This document shows positions 47,971 to 57,123 of a DNA stretch of 64,000 nt, in pieces. The translations under genes were made by a program, and so were the position numbers. A model generated the notes under the pieces. That model worked only from the letters and a program-made list of their open reading frames with translations. It was not told the DNA's origin and did not search any database. Position 1 is the stretch's first letter. Each line of letters starts with the position of its first letter. Source of the stretch: a virus (lineage: Duplodnaviria > Heunggongvirae > Uroviricota > Caudoviricetes); the IMG/VR virus record IMGVR_UViG_3300028571_000011; one strand, written 5' to 3'.

Positions 47971-48629
47971 CAGACGTTGACATCACCAGCAAGCCAGAGT
48001 CGTACTACGACAAGCTGGAGAAGTTCTTCCAGAAGCGCGGCTTGACGAAGGGTGTCGAGTACATCCAGATGACCAAGAAGCACCTGAAGCAGATTCGTGA
48101 AGGTGGCAAGCTCTCGGCGTCCGCGAAGGCGGAACTGTCCAAGCTGATGTCTGCCATCGCCAATGAGATCGAGCAGGACAGCAAGAAGATGCTGCTTCGT
48201 GAGAAGATCATCTACAGCAGCTACGAGATGCCAGAGAAGGATTTCTGGGCTCTGATCGATGGGCTCGGTTGGGATGGCACAAACACCAGCTGGAATGAGT
48301 TGAAGAAGACTATCGAGAGCAAAATCACTTCAGAAGAAGTTGAGAATCTGCGCGATACCTTCGACCGTTTGAGCGCTGAACTCTACGATGTCATCGACAC
48401 GTGGCTCAAGAAGGAGCAGGACAAGGCTTACGAGGAGGGCCGCAAGCCAGCGCGTATTGACCTCGGTGATGACCGCTTCGATGACTTCCTTGCGTACATC
48501 ATTGGTCTTGGCAGTGCGAAGTACAACGAAGTGAAGAAGAATCCAAAAATGGCTCCCAAACTCGCGCTTGGGGACATCCCAGAATCCTTCGTGTATGCGA
48601 TTCCTTGGAGCAGCAACTCACTCGCCTGA
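47967..48629 (+). CDS. DUF4240-like domain protein
   Basis: MPEKDFWALID...DDRFDDFLAYIIGLG..KYNEVKKNP pattern. Confidence 0.6.
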   Translation: MTDVDITSKPESYYDKLEKFFQKRGLTKGVEYIQMTKKHLKQIREGGKLSASAKAELSKLMSAIANEIEQDSKKMLLREKIIYSSYEMPEKDFWALIDGLGWDGTNTSWNELKKTIESKITSEEVENLRDTFDRLSAELYDVIDTWLKKEQDKAYEEGRKPARIDLGDDRFDDFLAYIIGLGSAKYNEVKKNPKMAPKLALGDIPESFVYAIPWSSNSLA

Positions 48630-48666
48630 ATGAAAAGAGCCGCTCAATGAGCGGCTCTTTTCATTC
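48628..48666. terminator. Bidirectional intrinsic terminator
   Basis: 18-bp stem gaatgaaaagagccgctc-aat-gagcggctcttttcattc at the convergence of the late and early blocks. Confidence 0.9.
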
Positions 48667-49008
48667 GTTTACTCCAAGCCAGTTTGTCAGTCTGCCAGTC
48701 TTGCTTTCGACCCAGTCGCCAAGCCTTTTGCGTTTGGGTTCCAACTCGTCCCACAGAACCATTGGAACCCAAACGGGTGAGGTCATGATGGCCAGAGCGA
48801 TCCAGAAAGGCAGCACGATTCCGGGGGAGTTCTCACCACGAGTGGACCCACACAGTTCTCCTTCGTAGTCAAACTGGTCATGTCGCACGCTGCTGCTGGG
48901 TTTCCACTTCGCCTTGAAGTAGTCTTCTCCAGACATATCAACGAACAACCACCTGTGGGCAGCACGAGCGAGGATGTAGACCCGACGTAGAACAAGACGC
49001 ATACTCAA
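48661..49008 (-). CDS. Hypothetical membrane protein (115 aa)
   Basis: TM-like IVLPFWIALAIMTSPVWVPMVLW. Confidence 0.6.
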   Translation of the reverse strand: MSMRLVLRRVYILARAAHRWLFVDMSGEDYFKAKWKPSSSVRHDQFDYEGELCGSTRGENSPGIVLPFWIALAIMTSPVWVPMVLWDELEPKRKRLGDWVESKTGRLTNWLGVNE

Positions 49009-50078
49009 TCTCCCGCTCTCACAAGAGCGCAGTTTTCCAGAATCTCTTCAGGGATATCAACCGAGTTGTCCCGTGTCATGACGAAATGCTTCTGTGCGTC
49101 ATCACGCAGACGAATGGTGATACTTCCATCTGGCCAGACAACTCCAATGAAGGTGGACGTGTTCATGGGCACTTGCGACGCTGGGATCTTCTTGTGAACA
49201 AGCTTCTTGCCCAGAGTCTTCGTCTTCAGCTTGCCCTTCAGCGGCGCTGGCATTGTCCTAATCTGGGCTGGAGGTTTCGGCTTTGAGTATTCGTCTTTTG
49301 ACGCGCAAATCCTCACGTAGTCCCTATGGAACTCCATAACAGGAGCTACCCGAGTAGCTGTTTTGCTGAGTTCAGAAACCACCTCAATGTGGTGCTGCTG
49401 GAAGTCAGGAAGTAGCAGTTCATCCGTAGACCTGAGGAATCGGATTTCCCAGTCCTTGAAGCGGTAGCTCACGTCACCGTACAGGACAGAGATGGCATTG
49501 CCCGACATGGTCCTGCCGTCAATCAGGGGCACATCATCGAAAAAAACATGACATATATTCGATGAGAAGAACAGATGTGGCGTCACCCTCCCTGTGTCCG
49601 GGTCTGTATGCCAACCGACAACTGGCCGAGAGTTCCTGCTCTTCGTCACGAAGTGAACACTACCGTCATCAGCGCGAATGACGCTGCGGAATTCGTTCAC
49701 CCTTCGGAAGCCATGAGTGACTGGGAGGACGATCTGAATAGCGGTGTGCATGCAGTTTGTGGCCTCGCAGCCACCGTCTTCTGTCGTCAGGCAGTCGGCG
49801 TCAGGCGGGCGCTTGGGTGTATTTGACGGCTGGCACTCCTTCACGAGGTCGATGTTGTCTCCGTAGCAAGCCTTGACGAACGTCTCTTCGTCAATACGAT
49901 GGCTCACCCGATTCGCCGCTCTCCTTCTTGAGAGATGAAGGTTACCTTCGCTGTCCATGACGGGACGCGCCACGAAATCAGCAGTGCTTGCCGAGTGAGC
50001 GATGCAGACGAAGCCTTCTTTGTCGACGATGTACCGCAGGGGGCGGTACTGGTAGAAGCTATCAGTGTACGATGACAT
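49005..50078 (-). CDS. Hypothetical protein (357 aa)
   Basis: Long ORF in the minus-strand block; GTGA-type coupling. Confidence 0.7.
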   Translation of the reverse strand: MSSYTDSFYQYRPLRYIVDKEGFVCIAHSASTADFVARPVMDSEGNLHLSRRRAANRVSHRIDEETFVKACYGDNIDLVKECQPSNTPKRPPDADCLTTEDGGCEATNCMHTAIQIVLPVTHGFRRVNEFRSVIRADDGSVHFVTKSRNSRPVVGWHTDPDTGRVTPHLFFSSNICHVFFDDVPLIDGRTMSGNAISVLYGDVSYRFKDWEIRFLRSTDELLLPDFQQHHIEVVSELSKTATRVAPVMEFHRDYVRICASKDEYSKPKPPAQIRTMPAPLKGKLKTKTLGKKLVHKKIPASQVPMNTSTFIGVVWPDGSITIRLRDDAQKHFVMTRDNSVDIPEEILENCALVRAGD

Positions 50079-50081
50079 CAG

Positions 50082-50312
50082 TCAATCCTTGCTCTCGTAG
50101 GATACGGAGCTACCCAGCAGTGCAGAGACGACAGGCCCAAGGCGCGGGAAGGCTGTCTTGACTTCGACCCAAGACTTGGGGTCCGCTTCGTCCTCTTGAA
50201 CCCAGCCGCGACGGAGGAGTTCTGACCGAAGGAAGTTGGCATCGGCATTACCACCACACTTGACGATGGTGGTGGACATGGCGTCTTTGAAGACGTCGAA
50301 TGGGATGATCAC
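50082..50312 (-). CDS. Hypothetical protein (76 aa)
   Basis: Coupled small ORF. Confidence 0.6.
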   Translation of the reverse strand: MIIPFDVFKDAMSTTIVKCGGNADANFLRSELLRRGWVQEDEADPKSWVEVKTAFPRLGPVVSALLGSSVSYESKD

Positions 50313-50506
50313 TTCTGCTCCGGTGTGAGGGACTCCAGCACAGCAATCAGACGGCTACCGCCGTCTACGTCAACAGCTGCGAGGTGGACCATGCAGCGCT
50401 TGCTCAACCAGATGAGTGCCACTGCCCCATGGATGTTGCTCGATACTTCAACGCGGTCACCTACAGAGGGTAGGTGAGAGTTCACTGTCGCTACTGTCGA
50501 TGTCAT
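50309..50506 (-). CDS. Hypothetical protein (65 aa)
   Basis: AAAGGA Shine-Dalgarno before MTSTV. Confidence 0.5.
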   Translation of the reverse strand: MTSTVATVNSHLPSVGDRVEVSSNIHGAVALIWLSKRCMVHLAAVDVDGGSRLIAVLESLTPEQK

Positions 50507-50645
50507 GAATCCTTTCGAACTCTGAGGAGCCGCAAATAGAGCATGATGAAGACTTGAATTCAAGTCCGTCAAACGAGACATGCACCGTTGGACCCAGTGC
50601 GTCATGGTTGTGACCTTCGCCCTTAACCAGCTTGAGACTGGCCAT

Positions 50646-50849
50646 CTACTCTTCTTCTCCGTCTGGTCCGTCGTCACCGGTGCCGTCGTCGTAGTCGTCA
50701 GCAAACTCAGGTGAGTCGAGACCAAGAGCAACTCCAATTTGTCGAGGTGAGGCATTAGGGTGATGCTTGTAAAGCACCTCCTCGAAGTGACGTGGTATGG
50801 TCTCTTTGAAGAAGACCTCAAGTCGAGTACGTGGCCACGGTTTGGGCAT
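50646..50849 (-). CDS. Small acidic-tailed protein (67 aa)
   Basis: GGAGGA Shine-Dalgarno; C-terminus DDYDDGTGDDGPDGEEE. Confidence 0.65.
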   Translation of the reverse strand: MPKPWPRTRLEVFFKETIPRHFEEVLYKHHPNASPRQIGVALGLDSPEFADDYDDGTGDDGPDGEEE

Positions 50850-50893
50850 ACTATCCTCCTCACCTCACAAGGTGAAGTGAGGTGATCTGTACA

Positions 50894-50922
50894 TCGATAC
50901 CACGATACGCCCACTAAGTCAA
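50894..50922 (-). promoter_or_regulatory. Putative sigma70-type promoter
   Basis: TTGACT-N17-TATCGA-T, followed by a 9-bp-stem hairpin (50860-50885) abutting the Shine-Dalgarno. Confidence 0.55.
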
Positions 50923-51270
50923 CATCAGCCCACAACCACGTACGTCAACGTAGCACCAGACCTCCTACTTAGATTCTGTCGTCTTGGTTTGTGTCACGCG
51001 CTCGGCTATCAGCAACTGATGTCTAGTTGTAGCCCGAACCGAGTTCCACAGCTTGGCGGCATCTGGCCGTGGGTCGGTGGCTAAGAAGGCGCCAACTTGC
51101 GCCAACTTGCGCCGCAAGTTGGCAGATCGAATGCTGAAGGAGCGAGTATCAGCCGCCAGTGGGTGTTGAGGCCAGACGTTCCCATAAGGGTGTCGGTGAA
51201 TTACACAGTCGCCTCGACGGAGCCAAGCGCCCACGCAGCGGTAATCCGGTCACCACCGCCAGTGATATGC

Positions 51271-51783
51271 TTACCCATTTCTGTTCCTTTTGTTCGATTG
51301 AAGTTTGCGCAAGGACAACGGGCATGTGCAGTTGTCTTTGTTGGAGCAGGTGCACTCGCCTGCATTCAGAGCCTGAAACTGCGCAAGGAGGTTACGCATC
51401 ACAGTGTAGTCTGTGCCCATTGACGACTGCATCTGTGGTGCAGCCGCCTCCAGTTCCGCGATGCGGGCACGGAGAGACTTGATCTCGTCACTGGGTCCAA
51501 GGATGACCTGCAGGTCCATCGCAACATTGGCCATGGCAGTACTGATGAAGTCGAAAAGACTCATGGTCGTATTGCCCTCCATGTCAGTTGGGATGTTATT
51601 ATCACCATCGTCCCACAGCGTCATATCCAGCCATCGGATGTACGACGCAAAGCCACTCTGCTCGAAACGAAGAGTGTACAGTGGCCAATCATTGGCTCGA
51701 CCCACAGCTTCCATGGCATCGAAGGTGCGGTCGTTGATCATTTCAACTACTTGCAGTGGGCTGAGTTCTTCAATCGTCGTCAT
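51271..51783 (-). CDS. Hypothetical protein with coiled coil and C-terminal Cys cluster
   Basis: DEIKSLRARIAELEA; CTCSNKDNCTC. Confidence 0.65.
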   Translation of the reverse strand: MTTIEELSPLQVVEMINDRTFDAMEAVGRANDWPLYTLRFEQSGFASYIRWLDMTLWDDGDNNIPTDMEGNTTMSLFDFISTAMANVAMDLQVILGPSDEIKSLRARIAELEAAAPQMQSSMGTDYTVMRNLLAQFQALNAGECTCSNKDNCTCPLSLRKLQSNKRNRNG

Positions 51784-52156
51784 ATACTGGCTCCATTTTC
51801 TTTTCACAGACCGCACAGTCACCTGTTGAAGTCTTGGTTGGTGATTCCGCGTAGCACTCCGTGCATCGCCAGAAAGAAATCTTTGCCCCCGGTTGGTGAA
51901 ACAGGGTGTGCAAGCTGGTCAGCACGATGTCGGCTGTGCCTGCCCTGTGGCGAAGATGCGTGTGTTTCGCTTGCCCGATCAGAGTTCCAGCGATATCGCA
52001 GTCGCCGTCGATGGCAACTTCGTTACCCTCGAAGCCCTCGATTGGCTCACTGGATACGATCATGCCCACAATTGGGTACCGATACACTGTACCGGCAGGA
52101 CCCTCCATAGGAGGGCGAGGCCAAATGACTCCACGGAAGTGCTGCGTCATTCGCAA
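51770..52156 (-). CDS. Hypothetical protein with Zn ribbon
   Basis: CTEC...CAVC. Confidence 0.6.
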   Translation of the reverse strand: MRMTQHFRGVIWPRPPMEGPAGTVYRYPIVGMIVSSEPIEGFEGNEVAIDGDCDIAGTLIGQAKHTHLRHRAGTADIVLTSLHTLFHQPGAKISFWRCTECYAESPTKTSTGDCAVCEKKMEPVYDDD

Positions 52157-52710
52157 TCTACTTCCTTGGTGATGATGAGGTCATTGATCTCAGCCTCATC
52201 GTCGAGGTGACCAGTCTCAACAGCCTTGAGAAGGAAGCAGCGGCTGCAGCGTGCACTCGCACGATCGTTGCCGTACCTCCAGTCGTCATTGAGGTCATCA
52301 TCGCTGCACGACAAGTTGCCAACGGTGTCACACCAGTTTTTGTGCTCTGGAGCAAAGAAGTTGATGGCCACCATCCGCTCGGGAGCAGACAGCTTCATGA
52401 AGTTGTCTGCTCGCTTCGCCCGGATCCTGTTCTTCTCGTCAAGCAAGGCAGCTTGCTTGTTAGCAGCTTCAGCCTTGAGCTTCTCAATCTGTTTGTTCAG
52501 ATCGAGAATCTCGGCGTCCAGCTTCTTGACGAGAAGTTGACCACTCGCATCGAGAGCACTGGGCTTCTCCTCGAACGGTTTGTTCTTGGCTTGGAGTGCG
52601 ACCATCTCAGTACGCCCTTTGAGATGAGGAGCAGACTTCAGTTCTCCCTCGCAAAGAGCGCACAAGTGTGAATCGGCAGCTGGCACGAAGAGGTGCGGTG
52701 TAATCTTCAC
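52147..52710 (-). CDS. Hypothetical coiled-coil/Cys protein (187 aa)
   Basis: GTGA-coupled; CALC and CSRC. Confidence 0.65.
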   Translation of the reverse strand: MKITPHLFVPAADSHLCALCEGELKSAPHLKGRTEMVALQAKNKPFEEKPSALDASGQLLVKKLDAEILDLNKQIEKLKAEAANKQAALLDEKNRIRAKRADNFMKLSAPERMVAINFFAPEHKNWCDTVGNLSCSDDDLNDDWRYGNDRASARCSRCFLLKAVETGHLDDEAEINDLIITKEVDCE

Positions 52711-53132
52711 CCGTTACTCCTTTTACACATATGGCAGAGGAATTCTTCTCGGCGCTCTGCGTTTTCGTGCATCATCTTCACCTCTGCTTCCAGTTCCGCG
52801 ATGCGAGCCCGGAGAGTTGTGATCTCATCTTTCGCGGCTTTGTTGACAAAGCCGGTACCCTTGCAGCAACCGCACTCGACACGACTCGATTTCTTCCCGC
52901 ACGCCGCTGCGAAGCTCTTGCCGCTCGTTTCGAAGTTGCACTTGTAGCAGCGCAGGCAATCGTCAGGGTGGTTACCATCACAGTCGATGGAGTTGCCGTC
53001 ACAGTCAACGGCGTATGACTCGTCGACGATGAGTCCCTCCGGAGGTGGAGCCCCGCACTTGGGGCACTTCCACTCTTCAATGGAGGGTTGATACTTCGTG
53101 TGCTTTGTGACACAGGCAGAGTTGGTCGTCAT
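52707..53132 (-). CDS. Cys-rich multi-Zn-finger protein (141 aa)
   Basis: CPKC, CYKC, CGCC and CHMC; DEITTLRARIAELEA. Confidence 0.65.
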   Translation of the reverse strand: MTTNSACVTKHTKYQPSIEEWKCPKCGAPPPEGLIVDESYAVDCDGNSIDCDGNHPDDCLRCYKCNFETSGKSFAAACGKKSSRVECGCCKGTGFVNKAAKDEITTLRARIAELEAEVKMMHENAERREEFLCHMCKRSNG

Positions 53133-53349
53133 ATTGACTTCCGTATTCAGAAGAGGTGGCCCCTGTTTGCAGGTAGTTCATGCTTCACCATCTCTTACGC
53201 CGCAGGGGCCAACCAGCGTCGCTAAGACACATCCGTTCTCTTTCCCTCACCACCGGTCCGAATGCGGCAACCTATGGGTCATGGGGCTGAGTAGGGTCGG
53301 CGGTTCACATGGCATCCTCCACTGGAAGTTCAACTCTCGTTGCCTGCCC

Positions 53350-53378
53350 ACCTTACCGTGACCAACAGATCAAGTCAA
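53350..53378 (-). promoter_or_regulatory. Putative sigma70-type promoter with ~210-nt leader
   Basis: TTGACT-N17-TAAGGT; next convincing start codon at 53132. Confidence 0.55.
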
Positions 53379-53623
53379 GCACTGATTGACGCTAACCACC
53401 GACCTGTCATCACAGACAGGTGAGGGCGACGTGCCATTACAGCCACGTCGTGCGGCCACAGGATGACAGCCCTTTGGTGGTCTGGGATCATGTGTTCCAC
53501 ACCAACCATTCGATCGATCTCTCTCGTGAGAGAGGTTGCCTCGTCATAGCTGTCAGGTGCAAGCTGCGCCAAATCACAAGCAAGACCAAGCGCGAACTGA
53601 TGGTTGGTGTAATGGTTCTTCAT
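53375..53623 (-). CDS. Hypothetical protein (82 aa)
   Basis: ATGA-coupled. Confidence 0.55.
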   Translation of the reverse strand: MKNHYTNHQFALGLACDLAQLAPDSYDEATSLTREIDRMVGVEHMIPDHQRAVILWPHDVAVMARRPHLSVMTGRWLASISA

Positions 53624-54051
53624 GGCAGCAGTGGGGAAGGGACCGAGTTGGTCATTCGATCAGTTTCCCTGTCCATCGAATCGGCTATCGATTGACCTCG
53701 AACCAGTGGGAGTAGACTGACTGCACCAACTGCCTTGCCCACGGCTTCCTTTGTGAGCAAGTCGTACACCTCAACAGCGATGTCGAACTGCATACGCATC
53801 ATGTTGACAGCGAACCACCACTTGGTTCCGGGGTGGTCAGCAGTGAGGTCAGCTACCAGATCGTCGATGACACTCTTCGGAATGTCCTCAATCCTGAACG
53901 CACCAGTCCGGACTGGTGCGCTAACCACCGCAGGTGGAGCAGCGGGAGGCTCTGGCTTCGGCGCTGGTGGAACTGGTTCCACGTCGTCTCGGACGATGAA
54001 CGTCCGAGACATTGCAGCAGCTGACGTCACGAGTTCGTGCTTCACAGTCAC
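53620..54051 (-). CDS. Hypothetical protein with Pro/Ala linker
   Basis: GTGA overlap with the Nudix stop. Confidence 0.6.
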   Translation of the reverse strand: MTVKHELVTSAAAMSRTFIVRDDVEPVPPAPKPEPPAAPPAVVSAPVRTGAFRIEDIPKSVIDDLVADLTADHPGTKWWFAVNMMRMQFDIAVEVYDLLTKEAVGKAVGAVSLLPLVRGQSIADSMDRETDRMTNSVPSPLLP

Positions 54052-54638
54052 CAACCGGCCAAGAAGTCTGGGAGGAAACCTTCCAGCGGCTTGAAGAGTG
54101 GAACTGGCAAGCAGTGGATGTCGTACCAATTCCATTCACCGTCAAGCTTGTCAGGCTCCATGGCTTTCGGTACCCCTGACCAATCAGGGGTATCCACAGA
54201 CAGCACCACGGTCACGCTGTGGACGTCGTTGTCTGGAAACACCGTGCTCATGGCGTGCTCCACTTTGACGCGGCTGATGATAATGCCTGCCTCTTCAAGA
54301 GCCTCTCGGGCAGCTGTATCAAGGAATGATTCACCATGGCGCATCCAGCCACCGATGAAGCTGAACGTGCCAGCCCCATGGGAGCCTTTACGCTTGCCCA
54401 TCAGGACGTTGCCATCCTTGTCATACACAATGAGGGCAACGCCTGTTGGTACACGACGCTCCTCAGCTTTTACTTGCTGATGCTGACCAAGAGTGACGTG
54501 CTTGGTGCAAGGGGCTATCACCCTACCTGCCAGCCACGTGCAATCTCTGCAGCAGTGAAACGCGTTTGAACACACGCTCAGACGATCGTTTGCGTAAACA
54601 TCTCCGCAGGTTGTGCAGTGTTCTCCGAAACGCGTCAT
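54048..54638 (-). CDS. Nudix hydrolase (MutT/NUDT15-like) with N-terminal Cys-rich region
   Basis: GVALIV...LMGKRKGSHGAGTFSFIGGWMRHGESFLDTAAREALEEAG Nudix box; AMEPDK motif. Confidence 0.88.
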   Translation of the reverse strand: MTRFGEHCTTCGDVYANDRLSVCSNAFHCCRDCTWLAGRVIAPCTKHVTLGQHQQVKAEERRVPTGVALIVYDKDGNVLMGKRKGSHGAGTFSFIGGWMRHGESFLDTAAREALEEAGIIISRVKVEHAMSTVFPDNDVHSVTVVLSVDTPDWSGVPKAMEPDKLDGEWNWYDIHCLPVPLFKPLEGFLPDFLAGW

Positions 54639-55531
54639 TGGGGCCTCGGAGGTGACTTGTTGCCTCGGCGCAACGTCCGAATCGTAGCTGCAAGGTCCGA
54701 GGTTGGGAGACCCTTGTCGGCAAGGATCTGACGAATCTCGGCAAGCTCGTGCTCCGCGTTCGAGGTCACCTTGGTTGGCACAGTCGGCCACATGGTTGCG
54801 ATCGTGTCCTCGACAAACTTGGTGACCAGTTTGGCGATTGCGGCACCTGCATCGTTGGCACTGGTAACATTCTGCTGCTTGTCGACGTCTTCGAAGTACT
54901 TCTTCGCTTCCTCCACAGGAAGGGTTCCAACGTTGATGACAGGCTTCTCCTTCGGAAGGTGTACCTTCACGGTGTTCGTGACATCGGCCCAGAAGTCATC
55001 CGCTGGAGGTTGTTCTGAGAACATGATCTTCGTCAGGTCAGGAGTAGTGTCGATGGAAAAGAAGAAGACTGGGATCAAGCGATCGTTCTGGAATGGCTTG
55101 ACGCGAGTCACAATACCGAATGCAGCCAACCACATCAGGCTGGACATGCCATCGCCGAACGACATGGCCATGCTGTTGCGCCGCTCCATGTTGGTGGCGT
55201 TGACGAAGGAAGCCAAGCTACCAGCTTGGGGTACCATCGTTGGGTGTGCCCGAAGAGACGCACGGTACGCCTGCCAAGCTGACAAGGTCATCTGGTCAGG
55301 TTGAGGGCAGCCACGGTTGAGTTGGTCCTTGAGTTTGCCAAGGAAGGCTCCGTCACGGGAGTTCCACTCTGGCTCGAAGAAGCGCAGCAAGGAGTCCTGC
55401 TTCGCTTTCGATAGGTTCCCGAAGACGCTGCCTTTGACGTAACCACGCATCTTGCGGTAGTACGACGAGTCATCCTTCCCGTTCGGGAAAGGCTTGTAGG
55501 CTTTCTTCTTGATGTCCTGAAACTTCGTCAT
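54635..55531 (-). CDS. Hypothetical protein (~298 aa)
   Basis: Strong codon bias; purine-rich ribosome site before MTKFQ. Confidence 0.72.
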   Translation of the reverse strand: MTKFQDIKKKAYKPFPNGKDDSSYYRKMRGYVKGSVFGNLSKAKQDSLLRFFEPEWNSRDGAFLGKLKDQLNRGCPQPDQMTLSAWQAYRASLRAHPTMVPQAGSLASFVNATNMERRNSMAMSFGDGMSSLMWLAAFGIVTRVKPFQNDRLIPVFFFSIDTTPDLTKIMFSEQPPADDFWADVTNTVKVHLPKEKPVINVGTLPVEEAKKYFEDVDKQQNVTSANDAGAAIAKLVTKFVEDTIATMWPTVPTKVTSNAEHELAEIRQILADKGLPTSDLAATIRTLRRGNKSPPRPQ

Positions 55532-55603
55532 TACTTCTTCTTTCGTTGTCTGGCGTGTGATGTGTTTTGACCACAACTCGACGTTGTGGTCAATGGGCTG
55601 GTG

Positions 55604-56122
55604 TCAGTCGTATTCGTTCTGGAAGTAGATCAACGTTTCCTTGCCATCCCAACGACGGGACTGGTCTTCCAGCTTCTCACCCGGAGCGGTGAAGGAGCAG
55701 CGTCCATGCTTCCTGCAGAAATCCACCAACTCCTCGACGGTGTTGAAACAAAGACGCAGAGCCACGTACCGGGCGCAAGCGTGAAATTGGGGATGTACTC
55801 CATTGCGTCCGGGGTGATTGAGTAGAACGTCAATGTCCCATTGGGGGAAACGCGGTCTCCGACGTCCTGAGTACCCGTTGTCATTCACGGTCTTGTAGAT
55901 GTCACCGTGCCTTTCACCAACCACACCATTGATGTCAAAGCCGTGCTCGACAAGGGCAACGCCTTCAAACACCTCAGTGACCTTAGAAAGGTGGTCCTTT
56001 TCATCCATGAGCTTATCCAAGCTCAGCTGGCGATCCTTGAGGTCGGCCTTCATCTTCGCAATCTCTTTCTTGATTGCGGGGAGTCGACTGAGGTTCTTGA
56101 CGATCCAAGCATTCGTGATCAT
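55604..56122 (-). CDS. Hypothetical protein
   Basis: GAGGGG Shine-Dalgarno; ATGA overlap. Confidence 0.65.
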   Translation of the reverse strand: MITNAWIVKNLSRLPAIKKEIAKMKADLKDRQLSLDKLMDEKDHLSKVTEVFEGVALVEHGFDINGVVGERHGDIYKTVNDNGYSGRRRPRFPQWDIDVLLNHPGRNGVHPQFHACARYVALRLCFNTVEELVDFCRKHGRCSFTAPGEKLEDQSRRWDGKETLIYFQNEYD

Positions 56123-56376
56123 GTGCCCCTCCGAAGGACAGAAACTGTGGCATCTTTCCAATGGGACTTCTTGACGAAGTCTGGACCACCCATCGATACG
56201 ATGGCCTTCTTGAGTTCGTTCTCTGTGACGGCGACGGTGTACACCTCGCCCTCGTACTGGAGGAGTTGGACACCTTCGTTGTCCTGAGGACGCTGGTAGT
56301 GCTCGACTTCCTTCAGGTCAGCGCCGAGGTACTCGGCCAACCACCGCCGCTTGCTCCAAGCCCTTTTCGTTTTCAT
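56119..56376 (-). CDS. Hypothetical protein (85 aa)
   Basis: ATGA-coupled on both sides. Confidence 0.65.
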   Translation of the reverse strand: MKTKRAWSKRRWLAEYLGADLKEVEHYQRPQDNEGVQLLQYEGEVYTVAVTENELKKAIVSMGGPDFVKKSHWKDATVSVLRRGT

Positions 56377-56786
56377 CCATTCTCCAATGGCAGCAGATCG
56401 TGCATCAGCTGGCGGTCGTAGCGCCGGGTGGCATCACCCATGAGCCTGAGCGCCTCTTGGAGCTTGGTATCCAAGTCGCAGGCTGTCTCGCAGAAGCGCT
56501 GTCTGGGCATATAAGCCAGTAGTAGTAGACTTTCCTGTAAGGACCCTTCCAAGATCTTGCGCATCAGCCCGATGTCTTGCGAGTCGACGGCGACGCTACC
56601 ACTGCATTCGTGGGGAGTGTCGAATGAGTTTCGAATGGCATTGACAATGCCCGATGTGTCCGCAGCTTTGCACTTGTGGTCGTAGTGGCCTTTCGCACAG
56701 GTGGAAAGGACACTCAGATCTTCCTGAGTGAAGATCAAGTAGGCTTTGACGATAACGTAGCCGGGGTCCTGCTTGTCGATGTGCAT
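56373..56786 (-). CDS. Hypothetical protein (137 aa)
   Basis: Preceded by a promoter 7 nt upstream. Confidence 0.65.
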   Translation of the reverse strand: MHIDKQDPGYVIVKAYLIFTQEDLSVLSTCAKGHYDHKCKAADTSGIVNAIRNSFDTPHECSGSVAVDSQDIGLMRKILEGSLQESLLLLAYMPRQRFCETACDLDTKLQEALRLMGDATRRYDRQLMHDLLPLENG

Positions 56787-56793
56787 GCGTGAT

Positions 56794-56822
56794 CTTGTAC
56801 CAGATCACTTCGAAGAAGCCAA
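56794..56822 (-). promoter_or_regulatory. Putative promoter (leaderless) overlapped by a hairpin
   Basis: TTGGCT-N17-TACAAG-N7-ATG; gtgatct-N6-agatcac inverted repeat spans the -10. Confidence 0.5.
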
Positions 56823-56829
56823 GCTCTGC

Positions 56830-57123
56830 TTATAGCAGAGGCATCTCTTTGATTGAGATGAAGTCGTGGCCAGCCCCATTACCAGACCGCCAGTAGTCGG
56901 GCTTCAGTTGCTTCATGACGTCAACTACGTAGTCGTGGAGCATGGATGGATCACGGTCTTCCATCGGAGTTTGGTTCCAACTCTCCTTGTGCCCCTGCTC
57001 CTTCTCGTCGAATTCAGCTATCGCGATCTTGACACGTTCACGGGCAGCATCAATGGAAGAGGCTACGCCAATGACGTAGCCTCCTTCATAGATGCAGCCT
57101 TCTTGTATAACGAAGACGTTCAC
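56830..57123 (-). CDS. Hypothetical protein
   Basis: GAAGGA Shine-Dalgarno before a GTG; GTGA overlap. Confidence 0.6.
   Translation of the reverse strand: MNVFVIQEGCIYEGGYVIGVASSIDAARERVKIAIAEFDEKEQGHKESWNQTPMEDRDPSMLHDYVVDVMKQLKPDYWRSGNGAGHDFISIKEMPLL

Noticed and set aside
50507-50935. 208-aa ORF 50309..50935 as a single gene
   Set aside because: The 5' two-thirds overlaps better-supported ORFs and a promoter; only the part from 50506 has a Shine-Dalgarno.
53138-53165. TACGGA-N7-ATG before 53132 as another leaderless promoter
   Set aside because: No TTGAC-like -35 at 16-18 nt; not counted.
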